Positions 16,924 through 26,170 of a stretch of 32,000 bases of DNA are shown here, in pieces. Numbering within the stretch: the stretch's first letter is position 1; each line of letters starts with the position of its first letter. The position numbers were made by a program, and so were the translations under genes. The stretch covers positions 84,576-116,575 of the forward strand of contig NZ_CP048877.1 in the NCBI RefSeq assembly GCF_011207455.1. Direction: 5' to 3'. The DNA is from Thermosulfuriphilus ammonigenes (GTDB lineage: Bacteria > Desulfobacterota > Thermodesulfobacteria > Thermodesulfobacteriales > ST65). The notes beneath the pieces were generated by a model that saw only the letters and a list, made by a program, of their open reading frames with translations, made no database searches and was not told the origin of the DNA.

Positions 16924-18311
16924 CGGTCTCTTCCCTTTTGACCGTATTGAATGATTTCTTCTGGTTTGACTCTAGAGAGCTCTCTTTCCGGAAGAATCAT
17001 GGCCAGCTGCCAGCCGAGATCCAGAGTGGTAAAAATGGATCGATTCTCTTGAGGCCCTTGGTTGATAAACTTTTTTTCAAACTCACGAGAAAAACTAAGG
17101 TACCGTTTGTCAAGTTCGGAAAGGTCCTCTTCGCCTATAATAGCTGCTAAACGTTCTATTTGTTTAGATCGAGCGTAGAGGGCATAGAGCTGGCTGGCTA
17201 GATTACGATGATCTTCCCGAGTGTGTCCTTTACCAATACCATCAGCCATAAGGCGGGAAAGGGAAGGTAGAATGTTAATGGGAGGATATATTCCTTTTTG
17301 AAAAAGTCCACGGTCAAGAACAATCTGCCCCTCGGTAATATAACCGGTAAGGTCTGGGATGGGGTGGGTAATATCGTCATCAGGCATAGTTAGGATAGGA
17401 ATTTGAGTGATGGATCCTTTGGCCGTACGGATCCGGCCGGCCCGTTCATAGATGGAGGCCAGATCACTGTAAAGATACCCCGGGTAACCTTTACGACTGG
17501 GCACCTCTCCCTTAGAGGTAGAGACTTCCCTTAAGGCCTCACAATAATTGGTCATGTCTGTAAGAATTACCAAGACATGTCTATCTTCCTCATAGGCCAG
17601 ATATTCAGCTACCGTAAGGGCTATACGAGGAGTGATGAGCCTCTCAATGGAAGGGTCATCGGCTAGGTTAAGAAACATAACCACGTTTTTAAGGCGGCCG
17701 CTCTCCTCGAAGTTCTCTCTAAAAAAATCCGCCTGTTCATGTTTTATACCCATAGCTGCAAAGACAATGGCAAAGGATTCTTCCTCCTTGAGGAGCCGGG
17801 CCTGGCGAACTATTTGGGCCGCTAGCTCGTCGTGTGGAAGACCGCTTCCAGAAAAAATGGGAAGTTTTTGGCCGCGGACAAGGGTATTAAGGCCATCAAT
17901 GCTTGAGATTCCCGTCTGAATAAAATCTTGGGGATAGACTCTAGCTACCGGATTAATGGGAAGGCCATTAACATTACGAGGTTGCCCTATCACCGGAGGT
18001 GGCCCTCCATCAAGGGGGCGTCCCAGACCATCAAAGACTCTTCCCATGATCTCTTCTACCGAAACCCGAAATTCAAAGGGCCTTCCCAAAAAGCGAATCT
18101 TTGTTCTAGTGATGGAGAGCCCCACCGTACCCTCAAAAATTTCTAAAACCGCAGCCTCTTCAGAAACTGCCAGGACCCGGGCCAGTCTGACCCGTCCGGT
18201 CTCATCTGTAACCTCGGCCATCTCATGGAATCCCACTCCCTGGACTCCTTTTATCACCACTAAAGGCCCCTGGACCTTCTCCAGGCCGATATACTCTACA
18301 GAACCCTTCAT
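16908..18311 (-). CDS. atpB: V/A-type ATPase subunit B
   Basis: 467-aa ORF with [39 protein letters not shown] (degenerate P-loop), [17 protein letters not shown] and [16 protein letters not shown]. Its ATG overlaps the atpA stop as ATGA. Confidence 0.95.
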   Translation of the reverse strand: MKGSVEYIGLEKVQGPLVVIKGVQGVGFHEMAEVTDETGRVRLARVLAVSEEAAVLEIFEGTVGLSITRTKIRFLGRPFEFRVSVEEIMGRVFDGLGRPLDGGPPPVIGQPRNVNGLPINPVARVYPQDFIQTGISSIDGLNTLVRGQKLPIFSGSGLPHDELAAQIVRQARLLKEEESFAIVFAAMGIKHEQADFFRENFEESGRLKNVVMFLNLADDPSIERLITPRIALTVAEYLAYEEDRHVLVILTDMTNYCEALREVSTSKGEVPSRKGYPGYLYSDLASIYERAGRIRTAKGSITQIPILTMPDDDITHPIPDLTGYITEGQIVLDRGLFQKGIYPPINILPSLSRLMADGIGKGHTREDHRNLASQLYALYARSKQIERLAAIIGEEDLSELDKRYLSFSREFEKKFINQGPQENRSIFTTLDLGWQLAMILPERELSRVKPEEIIQYGQKGRDRWPKD

Positions 18312-20080
18312 GTGATTTCTCCGGTAGCCAGGAGATCATCAAAATCATGGTCTATTTTATGGAGAATTTCCTCAAAAGGTCCCAGGTCATCGCCAGAATA
18401 AGTGAACTTCATGCGGTGTATTTCCTCGAGCACCGGTAGTTTCATAAGGCGATAAACGGGAATTCGTTTGGCTACGGCCTCTTTCATGCGTCGGATAAAA
18501 CGAAGAATGATCTCCAACATGATGATTTGTTTTTCAGCCGGGCAATAGGTGTCTATGGGATCAAAGGCGCTCTGCTGAAGGAAATCCTCTTTGATAAGTC
18601 TGGCTGCTTGAATGATTACCTTTTGGTCATCGGGAAGGGCGTCTTCACCAATGAGTTTGACAATGTTTTGGAGTCTGGCATCCTCTTTAAGGATAGAGAG
18701 GGCCTCCTCTCGGGCGGCTAAGAAGTCAAACTTTCTCTTATCCTCCCACCAACGAGCTACTGAGGCCACGTACCCGCTGTAGCTGGTGAGATAATTTATG
18801 GCCGGAAAATATCGGGCACTAGCCAGTTCCTTATCAAGGGCCCAAAATGTGGCCACAAAACGCTTGGTATGCTGGGTGACTGGTTCCGAAAAGTCGCCTC
18901 CCGGAGGTGAGACAGCCCCGATTATTGAAACCGACCCCTTTTTTCCGGCTAGGGTTTCAGCAGGTCCAGCCCTTTCGTAGAATTCAGCCAACCTAGAGGC
19001 CAAATAGGCTGGAAAACCTTCCTCTGCAGGCATCTCCTCCAGACGACCCGAGATTTCCCTCAAGGCCTCAGCCCAGCGGCTGGTGGAATCAGCCATAAGG
19101 GCTACATGATAACCCATATCTCGGTAGTATTCGGCTATTGTAACCCCGGTATAGATGCTGGCCTCCCGGGCAGCTACTGGCATGTCTGAAGTATTAGCAA
19201 TGAGAATAGTTCGCTGGATAAGGGGTTGTTTGGTGCGCGGATCCAGGAGACGAGGGAAATCGGTCAGGACCCCGGTCATTTCATTGCCTCGCTCACCACA
19301 GCCAATGTAAACGATAATGTCTGCGTCAGCCCATTTAGAAAGCTGATGTTGGGTAACGGTCTTGCCTGTGCCAAATCCTCCGGGAATGGCTGCTGTTCCT
19401 CCCTTGGCTAAGGGGAAGAAGAAGTCTATCACTCTTTGTCCCGTGAAGAGGGGTTCTTCCGGACGAAGACGCCTTTTGATCGGCCGGGGTTGCCTTACTG
19501 GCCAGCGTTGGTAGAGTCGAATCTCGTCTTGTCGGCCATTGTGTTCAATTAAAGCCAGGCGATCTTCCAGACTATAAAGACCTTCAGGAGCGATCCAGAT
19601 CAGGCTTCCTTGCAGGGAGGGAGGGACCATCACCTGGTGAGTAATCCAGTCTGTCTCCTTTACCTCCCCGATTATCTCTCCGGGGAGCACCTTCTGTCCA
19701 ACCTTAGCCAGAGGTTTGAAAGGCCAGACCTTTTCTCGGGACAGGGCGACAGCAGCCTTGCCCCGATGGATAAAGGCGCCACTGGTTTCATAAAGAGAAG
19801 TCAGGGGGCGCTGGATTCCATCAAAGATGTGACCTATCAAACCCGGTCCCAACTCCACAAAGAGGGGAATTCCTTGCCCAAAGATAGGGTCCCCAGGCTT
19901 CAGTCCGGTGGTATCCTCATAAACCTGAATGGTGGCCTGATCTTCCCAGAGCTCGATGACTTCGCCTACTAAACGTTCTTGGCCGATCTCTACCATTTCG
20001 TTCATGGACAGTTCCTGGGCCCTTTTTGCTTTGACCACCGGACCGCTGACATAGATGATGGTTGGGTTAGCCTCCCTCAC
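18308..20080 (-). CDS. atpA: V/A-type ATPase catalytic subunit A
   Basis: The track ORF runs to 20191. Homology-like sequence starts at [15 protein letters not shown] at 20080 is preceded by GGGAGGG 5 nt upstream and gives 590 aa. The Walker A motif is [10 protein letters not shown], and [22 protein letters not shown] and [21 protein letters not shown] are also present. Confidence 0.95.
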   Translation of the reverse strand: MREANPTIIYVSGPVVKAKRAQELSMNEMVEIGQERLVGEVIELWEDQATIQVYEDTTGLKPGDPIFGQGIPLFVELGPGLIGHIFDGIQRPLTSLYETSGAFIHRGKAAVALSREKVWPFKPLAKVGQKVLPGEIIGEVKETDWITHQVMVPPSLQGSLIWIAPEGLYSLEDRLALIEHNGRQDEIRLYQRWPVRQPRPIKRRLRPEEPLFTGQRVIDFFFPLAKGGTAAIPGGFGTGKTVTQHQLSKWADADIIVYIGCGERGNEMTGVLTDFPRLLDPRTKQPLIQRTILIANTSDMPVAAREASIYTGVTIAEYYRDMGYHVALMADSTSRWAEALREISGRLEEMPAEEGFPAYLASRLAEFYERAGPAETLAGKKGSVSIIGAVSPPGGDFSEPVTQHTKRFVATFWALDKELASARYFPAINYLTSYSGYVASVARWWEDKRKFDFLAAREEALSILKEDARLQNIVKLIGEDALPDDQKVIIQAARLIKEDFLQQSAFDPIDTYCPAEKQIIMLEIILRFIRRMKEAVAKRIPVYRLMKLPVLEEIHRMKFTYSGDDLGPFEEILHKIDHDFDDLLATGEIT

Positions 20081-20675
20081 GGACGCCCTCCCAGATTTGG
20101 CGCTGGATTGTCTCCTTGAGTCGCTGGAGACGGGCCTCAACCGTGTTGTCATAAAGGATGCGGCCATCAGCAGTATAAACCTGAAGACCACCGCTTATGT
20201 GGGGATCTTTCTCAAGGTCTATGCTTGCTCCCCTCTTTTGGGCCAGTTCCTTAAGTCGTCTCTCAAATCTTTGGTCTTCTGGATTAAATCTGACTATAAA
20301 ATTCTTCCCCGGAAGGGCATCCATGGCCTCTTTTAAGGCCCTTTCCATAAAGGATTTGTATTCTGGATGGTGGCGGATGTCTTTTAAGGCCCTCTGCAGT
20401 TCCTCCATGGCCTCGCGAACTATGGTCTCTCTGGTGGCAACGATCGTCTTTCTAGCCGCCAGCTCGGCGGCGTCGATAATCTTTTGAGCTTGAAAATGGG
20501 CCTCGGCTCTTTGACGTTGGCTTTCTTCTTCAAGTTCCCGTTGGATCCTTTCCTGAATGTCCTTCAGCTCCGCTTCGGATCTGGTGCGGGCTTCAAGAAG
20601 GATCTTTTCCGCCTCACGCTGGGCTTCTTCTTTTATGGCATGGCAAAGAAGTTCTATTTCTCCACCAATAAGCAT
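20067..20675 (-). CDS. atpE: V/A-type ATPase subunit E (peripheral stalk)
   Basis: 202-aa ORF. A charged N-terminal coiled coil (EEAQREAEKILLEARTRSEAELKDIQER) precedes a globular C-terminal domain. Its position directly upstream of atpA supports the call. Confidence 0.8.
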   Translation of the reverse strand: MLIGGEIELLCHAIKEEAQREAEKILLEARTRSEAELKDIQERIQRELEEESQRQRAEAHFQAQKIIDAAELAARKTIVATRETIVREAMEELQRALKDIRHHPEYKSFMERALKEAMDALPGKNFIVRFNPEDQRFERRLKELAQKRGASIDLEKDPHISGGLQVYTADGRILYDNTVEARLQRLKETIQRQIWEGVREGG

Positions 20676-20677
20676 CT

Positions 20678-20974
20678 TTATCCCTTAAGTAGGGCGGCAA
20701 TTCTCTCTGTAACACCCGCTCGGGGTCGAGGTCCTTTATAATCTGGGATCTCAACGATCAGAGGTCCGCCAGGACGGAGAAGAATATTGTCCACTAAGAG
20801 GCGATTTTCTTCGGCCAAAGACTCAGTGATTAGGACTAGGGAGACTTCGGAAGGTAGATTCTGCAAGGCTTCTTGGGCCTCAGCCCCGGAGCGAACAATC
20901 TGACCAGCCATCCCCGCCAGGGCAAAGGCCAGATAAGTTCGCTCGTCGGCAATGACGTAAATTTTACCAGACAT
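20678..20974 (-). CDS. atpF: V/A-type ATPase subunit F
   Basis: The track start at 20977 is TTG. The ATG at 20974 shares one base with the atpK TGA. The sequence KIYVIADERTYLAFALAGM...LVLITESLAEE is typical of subunit F. Confidence 0.8.
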   Translation of the reverse strand: MSGKIYVIADERTYLAFALAGMAGQIVRSGAEAQEALQNLPSEVSLVLITESLAEENRLLVDNILLRPGGPLIVEIPDYKGPRPRAGVTERIAALLKG

Positions 20975-21267
20975 CAAAGGCGAGTCAGGATCATAATGGC
21001 CACTATGAGGCCGTATATAGCAATTCCTTCAGCCAATCCCAGAAAGATAATTGCCCGTCCGGCAAGTTCTGGTCGTTCGCTGATAGCCCCCATCGCCGCT
21101 GAGCCTACGATGGCTACTGCCAGACCAGCACCCAGGCTCGAGGCCCCTACTGCAATGGCCGCAGCTAAAAAGCCTAGGCCCTCACCTGATTCACCAGGAC
21201 TTCCGGCCATGGCTGGTGAGGCCCAGATGAGGATGGCCATCAACAAGATCCAAATCAGAGTCTTCAT
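20974..21267 (-). CDS. atpK: V/A-type ATPase proteolipid subunit K/L (single hairpin, c-ring)
   Basis: The track ORF extends to 21342, overlapping atpI. The ATG at 21267 follows GAGGGGG. A signal-like N-terminal helix (MKTLIWILLMAILIWASPAMA) precedes two Gly/Ala-rich helices carrying the carrier glutamate in GLAEGIAIYGL. The layout resembles Thermus subunit L. Confidence 0.85.
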   Translation of the reverse strand: MKTLIWILLMAILIWASPAMAGSPGESGEGLGFLAAAIAVGASSLGAGLAVAIVGSAAMGAISERPELAGRAIIFLGLAEGIAIYGLIVAIMILTRL

Positions 21268-21280
21268 ATTTTCCCCCTCA

Positions 21281-23263
21281 TCATGAGGCTTTGATCTCTT
21301 TAATATCTTGGGTAAAGGGGCGAAATGGCTCCCCTCCGCCATGAAAAAAGCGGCTAAAGAATTCGTAATACTCCAGACGCAAAACCTGAATAGAGACCAC
21401 TAATCCCTCAAGAAGAATGATAAACAGGTTTCCTACAGCCACTACCAACCAGTACCCTAGTCCTTGGCCTCCTTGGCGAGCCAGAAGATCAGCTAGAGAG
21501 AAGACAGCCACAAAGAGGGCCGCGTGGGTAAGGGCGAAGGCCGCTACTCGAACAAAAGAGACGGTGGCCGTAAAGTATCTGAGCAGGCCATCAAAAACCT
21601 CAATAGTTGCTTCTACCAGATAGCTAAAGATTCCTCTCTCAAAAATTCTCTTGGGGGACTTTCGGCGAAAAAGGAGATATATGGGGCGGTGGAGGATCAT
21701 TAAGATCACCAGGGCAGCAGCTGTCCAAGCAAAAAACTCAAGCTCACGGGCCGAAACCTGACCACTCAGGAAATAACGAACAAGAAGGCCCATGGCTAGC
21801 CAATAGAATAGAGCCCCGGCTAACCCTCCGGTAGAAAGGAGGGCCTCATAACGTTTTTGGCGCAAAATGTTAATCAGGTTAAGAACCACTCCCAGAGAAA
21901 GAATAATCAAACCCCAAAAGATAGAGGCCTTGAGAAAAGAGGTGATGTCTTTTAGTGGCTGCATCCAGAGGGCCGGAATGATATTCTCTAGTCCAAATAG
22001 GCTTCCATAAAGAAGACCAAAAACCATCGAACTCAGACCACATTCCATTAAGATGATTCCATAGTCCAGATAACGTGGAACCTGACGAAAGATGTAATAT
22101 CCTAGAAGGGCCAAAATGCCTCCCTGCCCCAGATCTCCAAACATCATCCCGAACATCAAAAGGAAGGTGATAGCCAGAAAGGGAGTAGGTTCTATCTCTT
22201 CGTAGGAAGGTGTTCCATAGAGACCAACCAATCTTTCAAAGGGACGGATTAAATAAGGATTGTTAAAAAGGACAGGAATCTTGATGATCCCTTGACGGAC
22301 CTCACGGATTTCCTGGGGATCTAGTAATTCTATCTGGGCCTGGTTTCTGGTGATGGCTAAGATTTCTTTTTTGACTTTCTCTACCAGCCTCTTGGGAATC
22401 CAGCCGGTGATAACATAGATTTTCTCTATCTTACCAAAGAAGCGTCTGGCTGAAAGAATTGTACGTCCCCAGAGGGCCTTTTCTCGGAGAGAGAGGAGTT
22501 CTGGTCCGTAACGTTTTCTTAAATCTTGAATTTCTTTTTCTAAATGTTCCCTTTCGACCTCGAGGTCCTGGATCTTTTTCTCTTCTTTGGTCAGAATTTC
22601 AGTCACCTTACCCTTTAAACTAGAGAGAAGTTCAATCTTTTCTAAAAAGACTCCCTTAAAGGCGGCCTCAAAGGTTGGCCAATCCCTCTTTAGACCAAAA
22701 ACGAGAACGACAGCCCGTTCTTGTAAGGTGCTCAGTTTAAAGGTTGCGTGGTGAATCTGGGACAGGGCCTCCTCTAATTTGGCCAAAGCCGCCAGTGGGA
22801 TGAGTCCCAAGGCAAACCCTGTGTAGTGGAGGCCTTCTAAGGCCTCTGGCTCCAAATCCCCTGGTAGAAGACGCAACTTTTCAATTAGACGCTGACTATC
22901 ACTTATTCTTTGCCTTAGTGCTATCTTCTTGTTTATTATCCGGGAGGCTTTTTTTTCGATATTTTGAAGACATTCTCGAAGATGGAATATCTCCCTTTCT
23001 GGAATAACTTCTTCTCTAAGCGGAGGAGGGACCATCGGGATCTCAAGGCCCTTGATAAGAATATTTAGCCTGTGGATGATGGCCTCATATTCTTTAAAAA
23101 GGTCAGGGTCAAGCTCCCCTCGGTAACCAAGTTTCCCCAGTGGAGTCTCTTCTAGCCGAACAAGATGAAGAAGTTTTATGCGGGCTAGGATAGCGGTAAC
23201 CGAAGAGATAAATTCTTCCGGGACCTTGATGACTATTCGAGTTAGTCTCTCAGGTCTAAACAC
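21281..23263 (-). CDS. atpI: V/A-type ATPase subunit I (a-subunit, stator/proton channel)
   Basis: 660-aa ORF with a GTG start 8 nt after GGAGAG. The soluble coiled N-terminal half is followed by multiple TM helices, with a conserved Arg context (VSFVRVAAFALTHAAL). Confidence 0.9.
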   Translation of the reverse strand: MFRPERLTRIVIKVPEEFISSVTAILARIKLLHLVRLEETPLGKLGYRGELDPDLFKEYEAIIHRLNILIKGLEIPMVPPPLREEVIPEREIFHLRECLQNIEKKASRIINKKIALRQRISDSQRLIEKLRLLPGDLEPEALEGLHYTGFALGLIPLAALAKLEEALSQIHHATFKLSTLQERAVVLVFGLKRDWPTFEAAFKGVFLEKIELLSSLKGKVTEILTKEEKKIQDLEVEREHLEKEIQDLRKRYGPELLSLREKALWGRTILSARRFFGKIEKIYVITGWIPKRLVEKVKKEILAITRNQAQIELLDPQEIREVRQGIIKIPVLFNNPYLIRPFERLVGLYGTPSYEEIEPTPFLAITFLLMFGMMFGDLGQGGILALLGYYIFRQVPRYLDYGIILMECGLSSMVFGLLYGSLFGLENIIPALWMQPLKDITSFLKASIFWGLIILSLGVVLNLINILRQKRYEALLSTGGLAGALFYWLAMGLLVRYFLSGQVSARELEFFAWTAAALVILMILHRPIYLLFRRKSPKRIFERGIFSYLVEATIEVFDGLLRYFTATVSFVRVAAFALTHAALFVAVFSLADLLARQGGQGLGYWLVVAVGNLFIILLEGLVVSIQVLRLEYYEFFSRFFHGGGEPFRPFTQDIKEIKAS

Positions 23264-23264
23264 C

Positions 23265-24317
23265 TCAACTCTCCGAGATGCGTTCTAATTCGGCCACCAG
23301 AGGTAAGGCCCCCTTTTTTAAAGTCAGCCCCCAGCCAACAGCCGTCAAGAGGCGTTCAAGATTCTTAATCTCTAGTTCTTTAAAGAGGAGATAGGCTCCC
23401 TGAGTTCCGATTTGAAAAGGATCTTTTCGTCCGATTCGGATTAGTTCCCTGGCAATGATCTGTTCCATAAGGAGAAAAATCTCCGAAAAACTTCGAGCCG
23501 CCTTAAGGTCGTTATAACCTCGAGGAAGAAGGGAGAGGAATTCCTTAAGTTTTTGGGCCCGAGCAAGACCTCCTAGTTTCTTAAGATTCAGTCTTCCGGC
23601 CCCAGTGATCAGATAACCAATAATCTCTTCAGGGGAAAGGCGAAAAACCTGTTTTAGACGGCAAATGGTATTCAGATTCTGTTGATCAATCAAATGATTG
23701 ACAAGCCTTTGAGCCTGGTGGCGGTCACCTTTTTTAAGCCCCTTCAAGGAGACTACCAGGGCCTCATAAGTGGCCAGATCCACAGTGCGCTCGAGAGGAA
23801 AGACCCGCCCCTGTCCCTGAAAGAGAGGAAGAACCTCCTTAAGAGGGGCATAAAAAAGACTTTCTTTGAGTCTTTCTACCAGCTCTATCACCCCTGGGGC
23901 TTCCAAAAGACTCTTGAGATCCAAGCCGTCAATTTCTTCGAGGGGATAAAGAAGTTCTCTAATCTCTTTCTTTTGGTGTCTGAAAAGTCCGCGGATGATT
24001 AATTTTAGATTTTCAGCCTCATAGCGTCGCCTAAGGGCCTTAAGAAGACCTTTCCCCTGGGAGGGAACAAACTTCAAAAGGCGTTTATAATCCCGAAAAA
24101 GGCTGGCATAGAGCTGTAGGGTTATCTTTTGGAAGCCGGTCTCTGGTCCGAGATGGCCGAGATAAGGACCATAGGGCGTGCCAAGAAGATAGCGAAAAAT
24201 TTCTTTAAGATTCTTGGCCGACAGGAGATAGTGCCAATCTTGGGCTGAGAGGCTTCCGGCCTTTAAGGCCTTGGTTTTGGCCTGGACAAAGGAGTATTTA
24301 AGGACCCGAAGGATCAT
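23265..24317 (-). CDS. atpC: V/A-type ATPase subunit C (d-subunit/AC39 family)
   Basis: 350-aa all-helical ORF. The N-terminus YSFVQAKTKALKAGSLS resembles the YAYLNARVRA-type start of this family. ENLKLIIRG and the late EIKNLERLL repeat also fit. Its ATG overlaps the upstream stop as ATGA. Confidence 0.8.
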   Translation of the reverse strand: MILRVLKYSFVQAKTKALKAGSLSAQDWHYLLSAKNLKEIFRYLLGTPYGPYLGHLGPETGFQKITLQLYASLFRDYKRLLKFVPSQGKGLLKALRRRYEAENLKLIIRGLFRHQKKEIRELLYPLEEIDGLDLKSLLEAPGVIELVERLKESLFYAPLKEVLPLFQGQGRVFPLERTVDLATYEALVVSLKGLKKGDRHQAQRLVNHLIDQQNLNTICRLKQVFRLSPEEIIGYLITGAGRLNLKKLGGLARAQKLKEFLSLLPRGYNDLKAARSFSEIFLLMEQIIARELIRIGRKDPFQIGTQGAYLLFKELEIKNLERLLTAVGWGLTLKKGALPLVAELERISES

Positions 24318-24625
24318 ACTTTAAGAATCTGGTCGATAATTCCAGCCAGGATGATCTTTTTACGGGCCTTCCAGCTGCTCTTCAGCTCAGCGACATAGGC
24401 TTGGCTGTTCTTTTTAATTTCCTGAGCTTGTTTTTCCGCCTTAGAGATGACTTCTTTTAATTCTTCTTCTCTAAGTCTTTGAAGATAATGGTCTCTTTCT
24501 ATTAAAAGCTTTTTGATCTTTTCTCTGGTCTGGCGATTTATCGCTTCAGCCTCTTCCCGGGCCCTTTTTATCTCTTCCTGAGCCAAACGGTCGGTTTTGA
24601 TTATTTTTTCTATTCCCCGATCCAT
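24314..24625 (-). CDS. Small coiled-coil protein, probable V/A-type ATPase subunit H/G (peripheral stalk)
   Basis: 103-aa ORF that is highly charged and helical (AQEEIKRAREEAEAINRQTREKIKK...). It is first in the ATPase block, where archaeal ahaH and Thermus atpG sit. The assignment rests on position and composition only. Confidence 0.5.
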   Translation of the reverse strand: MDRGIEKIIKTDRLAQEEIKRAREEAEAINRQTREKIKKLLIERDHYLQRLREEELKEVISKAEKQAQEIKKNSQAYVAELKSSWKARKKIILAGIIDQILKV

Positions 24626-24628
24626 ATC

Positions 24629-26170
24629 TTAAAAGGTTTGTCCCGAATGGCCTTCCTCGCCGTGGCAGAGCTGATAAAAGGGACAGTGATGGCATTCGTG
24701 GATCTTTTGGGCGTAGGTGCCCATGATCCTTCCTTCACAGAGAGTTCCAGCGATGGCCCAGCATATACGGCCAAAATAGGGATAGGCTGGACAGCGTCGC
24801 GAGGGATCCTTTTCGATTCCGCACTTCATGTATTCCCAGCAAGGGGTCTTTTGATCCTCCTCTTCACTTTGGTAAGGAAAATAAAGGATAAACGTGCTTC
24901 CTTCTCCCAAACGGCTTTTTACCCGGACAAAACCACGGTGCTCTTCCATGATCTTGCGGACAATAGAAAGACCTAATCCGGTACCAATACCGATTTTTTT
25001 AGTAGAGTAGAAAGGTTCGAAAATGAGTTCTAATTCTTCTTCTGGAATTCCCGGTCCGGTGTCACTCACCGAGACGGTTACCCAGGTAATCTCGTTGCTA
25101 AACTCTGTCCCGGTGCGCACAGTTATAGTCCCTCCCTGGGGCATAAGGGCATCGATGGCATTGGTGATCAGGTTCCCTACCGCCTGTTTTACCGAGTCAT
25201 GATCAAAATAGACTCGGGGCAGCTCGGCCGTATAATTCTCGATGATCTTAATCTTTTCTTGGGAGCAGATGTCACAAAAAAACTCCACTCCCTCCCGTAC
25301 CGGTTGATTAATATCTCCCCGCTTAAGCTCAAAATGGCCTTCGGCTGAAAGAATGAGAATGTCTCGAAGAATCGATTCTAGACGGGCGGCTTCAGAGAGG
25401 ATTACCTTAACGTATTCTTTCTCTCGGCTACCTTCGGGGATCCGTTTATTGAGTCTTCTGGCCATTCCCCCTAAAGCGGCCAAGGGATTTCTTATTTCAT
25501 GAGCGATGTCTGCCGTCAATCTTCCCAGGGCCGAAAGCTTTTCGGCTTCAATGAGTTTTTTTTGCATCTTTTTCAGATTTTCTAGAGAATCAGCTAACTG
25601 GCGGTTGAGCTTTTCTATTTCTTCTTTGTCACGGCGGAGCTTTTCCGAAAGGAGCCCCAGGGGAATGGCAATAAGGTAGAGAAAGGAAACCCTTAAAGCC
25701 AGATCAGTCCAATGGATATGCCCAGGATATCCTCCGACGTTGATCAAATATAATACAGCGGCCACACTAGCCACCACTAAACCAAAACGAAGACCGAAAT
25801 AGAAAGTGTGGAGGGCGGTTAGAAGGTAATAGCCCAGGAAAAAACTGTTGTCGAAACGACGTTGAAAATTGACCAGATAAAAGACAAAGATGATGTCCAG
25901 GACTAGCGACAAAAGATAGATCTGACGGATTCGCCAAGGCCTCAACCAAATAAGAAGATAAAGAATCAAGCTATAGAGGCTAAAGGCACTGAGAGCCCCA
26001 AGAAGAGCTTTGGTTTCATCGACTGAAAGAGGGGCCAAAATAAGCCAAGCTAATCCACCAAGGATGGTTACCACCCGAAGGGTGAAAAAGACAGCATCAA
26101 CAATGGAGAGCCTTTCTTTGAGGGCTGACCAATGCCTTCCTTTGAAATGTTCAGAAAGTTTAAAATTCAT
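24629..26170 (-). CDS. Polytopic membrane sensor histidine kinase with C-terminal 8-Cys (two CW dipeptides) domain
   Basis: The track start at 26188 is TTG. The ATG at 26170 lies inside the last codons of the upstream gene. About 5-6 TM helices (residues ~30-190) precede a coiled coil. The H-box is ADIAHEIRNPLAAL, and the ATPase boxes are GNLITNAIDAL, DTGPGI and GTGLGLSIV. The tail reads CWEYMKC...RRCPAYPYFGRICWAIAGTLC...ECHHCPFYQLCHG. No receiver domain is present and no response regulator gene is adjacent. Confidence 0.85.
   Translation of the reverse strand: MNFKLSEHFKGRHWSALKERLSIVDAVFFTLRVVTILGGLAWLILAPLSVDETKALLGALSAFSLYSLILYLLIWLRPWRIRQIYLLSLVLDIIFVFYLVNFQRRFDNSFFLGYYLLTALHTFYFGLRFGLVVASVAAVLYLINVGGYPGHIHWTDLALRVSFLYLIAIPLGLLSEKLRRDKEEIEKLNRQLADSLENLKKMQKKLIEAEKLSALGRLTADIAHEIRNPLAALGGMARRLNKRIPEGSREKEYVKVILSEAARLESILRDILILSAEGHFELKRGDINQPVREGVEFFCDICSQEKIKIIENYTAELPRVYFDHDSVKQAVGNLITNAIDALMPQGGTITVRTGTEFSNEITWVTVSVSDTGPGIPEEELELIFEPFYSTKKIGIGTGLGLSIVRKIMEEHRGFVRVKSRLGEGSTFILYFPYQSEEEDQKTPCWEYMKCGIEKDPSRRCPAYPYFGRICWAIAGTLCEGRIMGTYAQKIHECHHCPFYQLCHGEEGHSGQTF

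Noticed and set aside
20081-20191. N-terminal 37-residue extension of the atpA ORF
   Set aside because: It shows no similarity to A-subunit N-termini and overlaps atpE extensively. A GTG with a good RBS lies exactly where the homology-like sequence begins.
20873-21286. 137-aa plus-strand ORF antisense to atpF/atpK
   Set aside because: The Ala/Pro/Arg-rich product is the mirror of the Gly/Ala-rich proteolipid codons. It is a shadow ORF.
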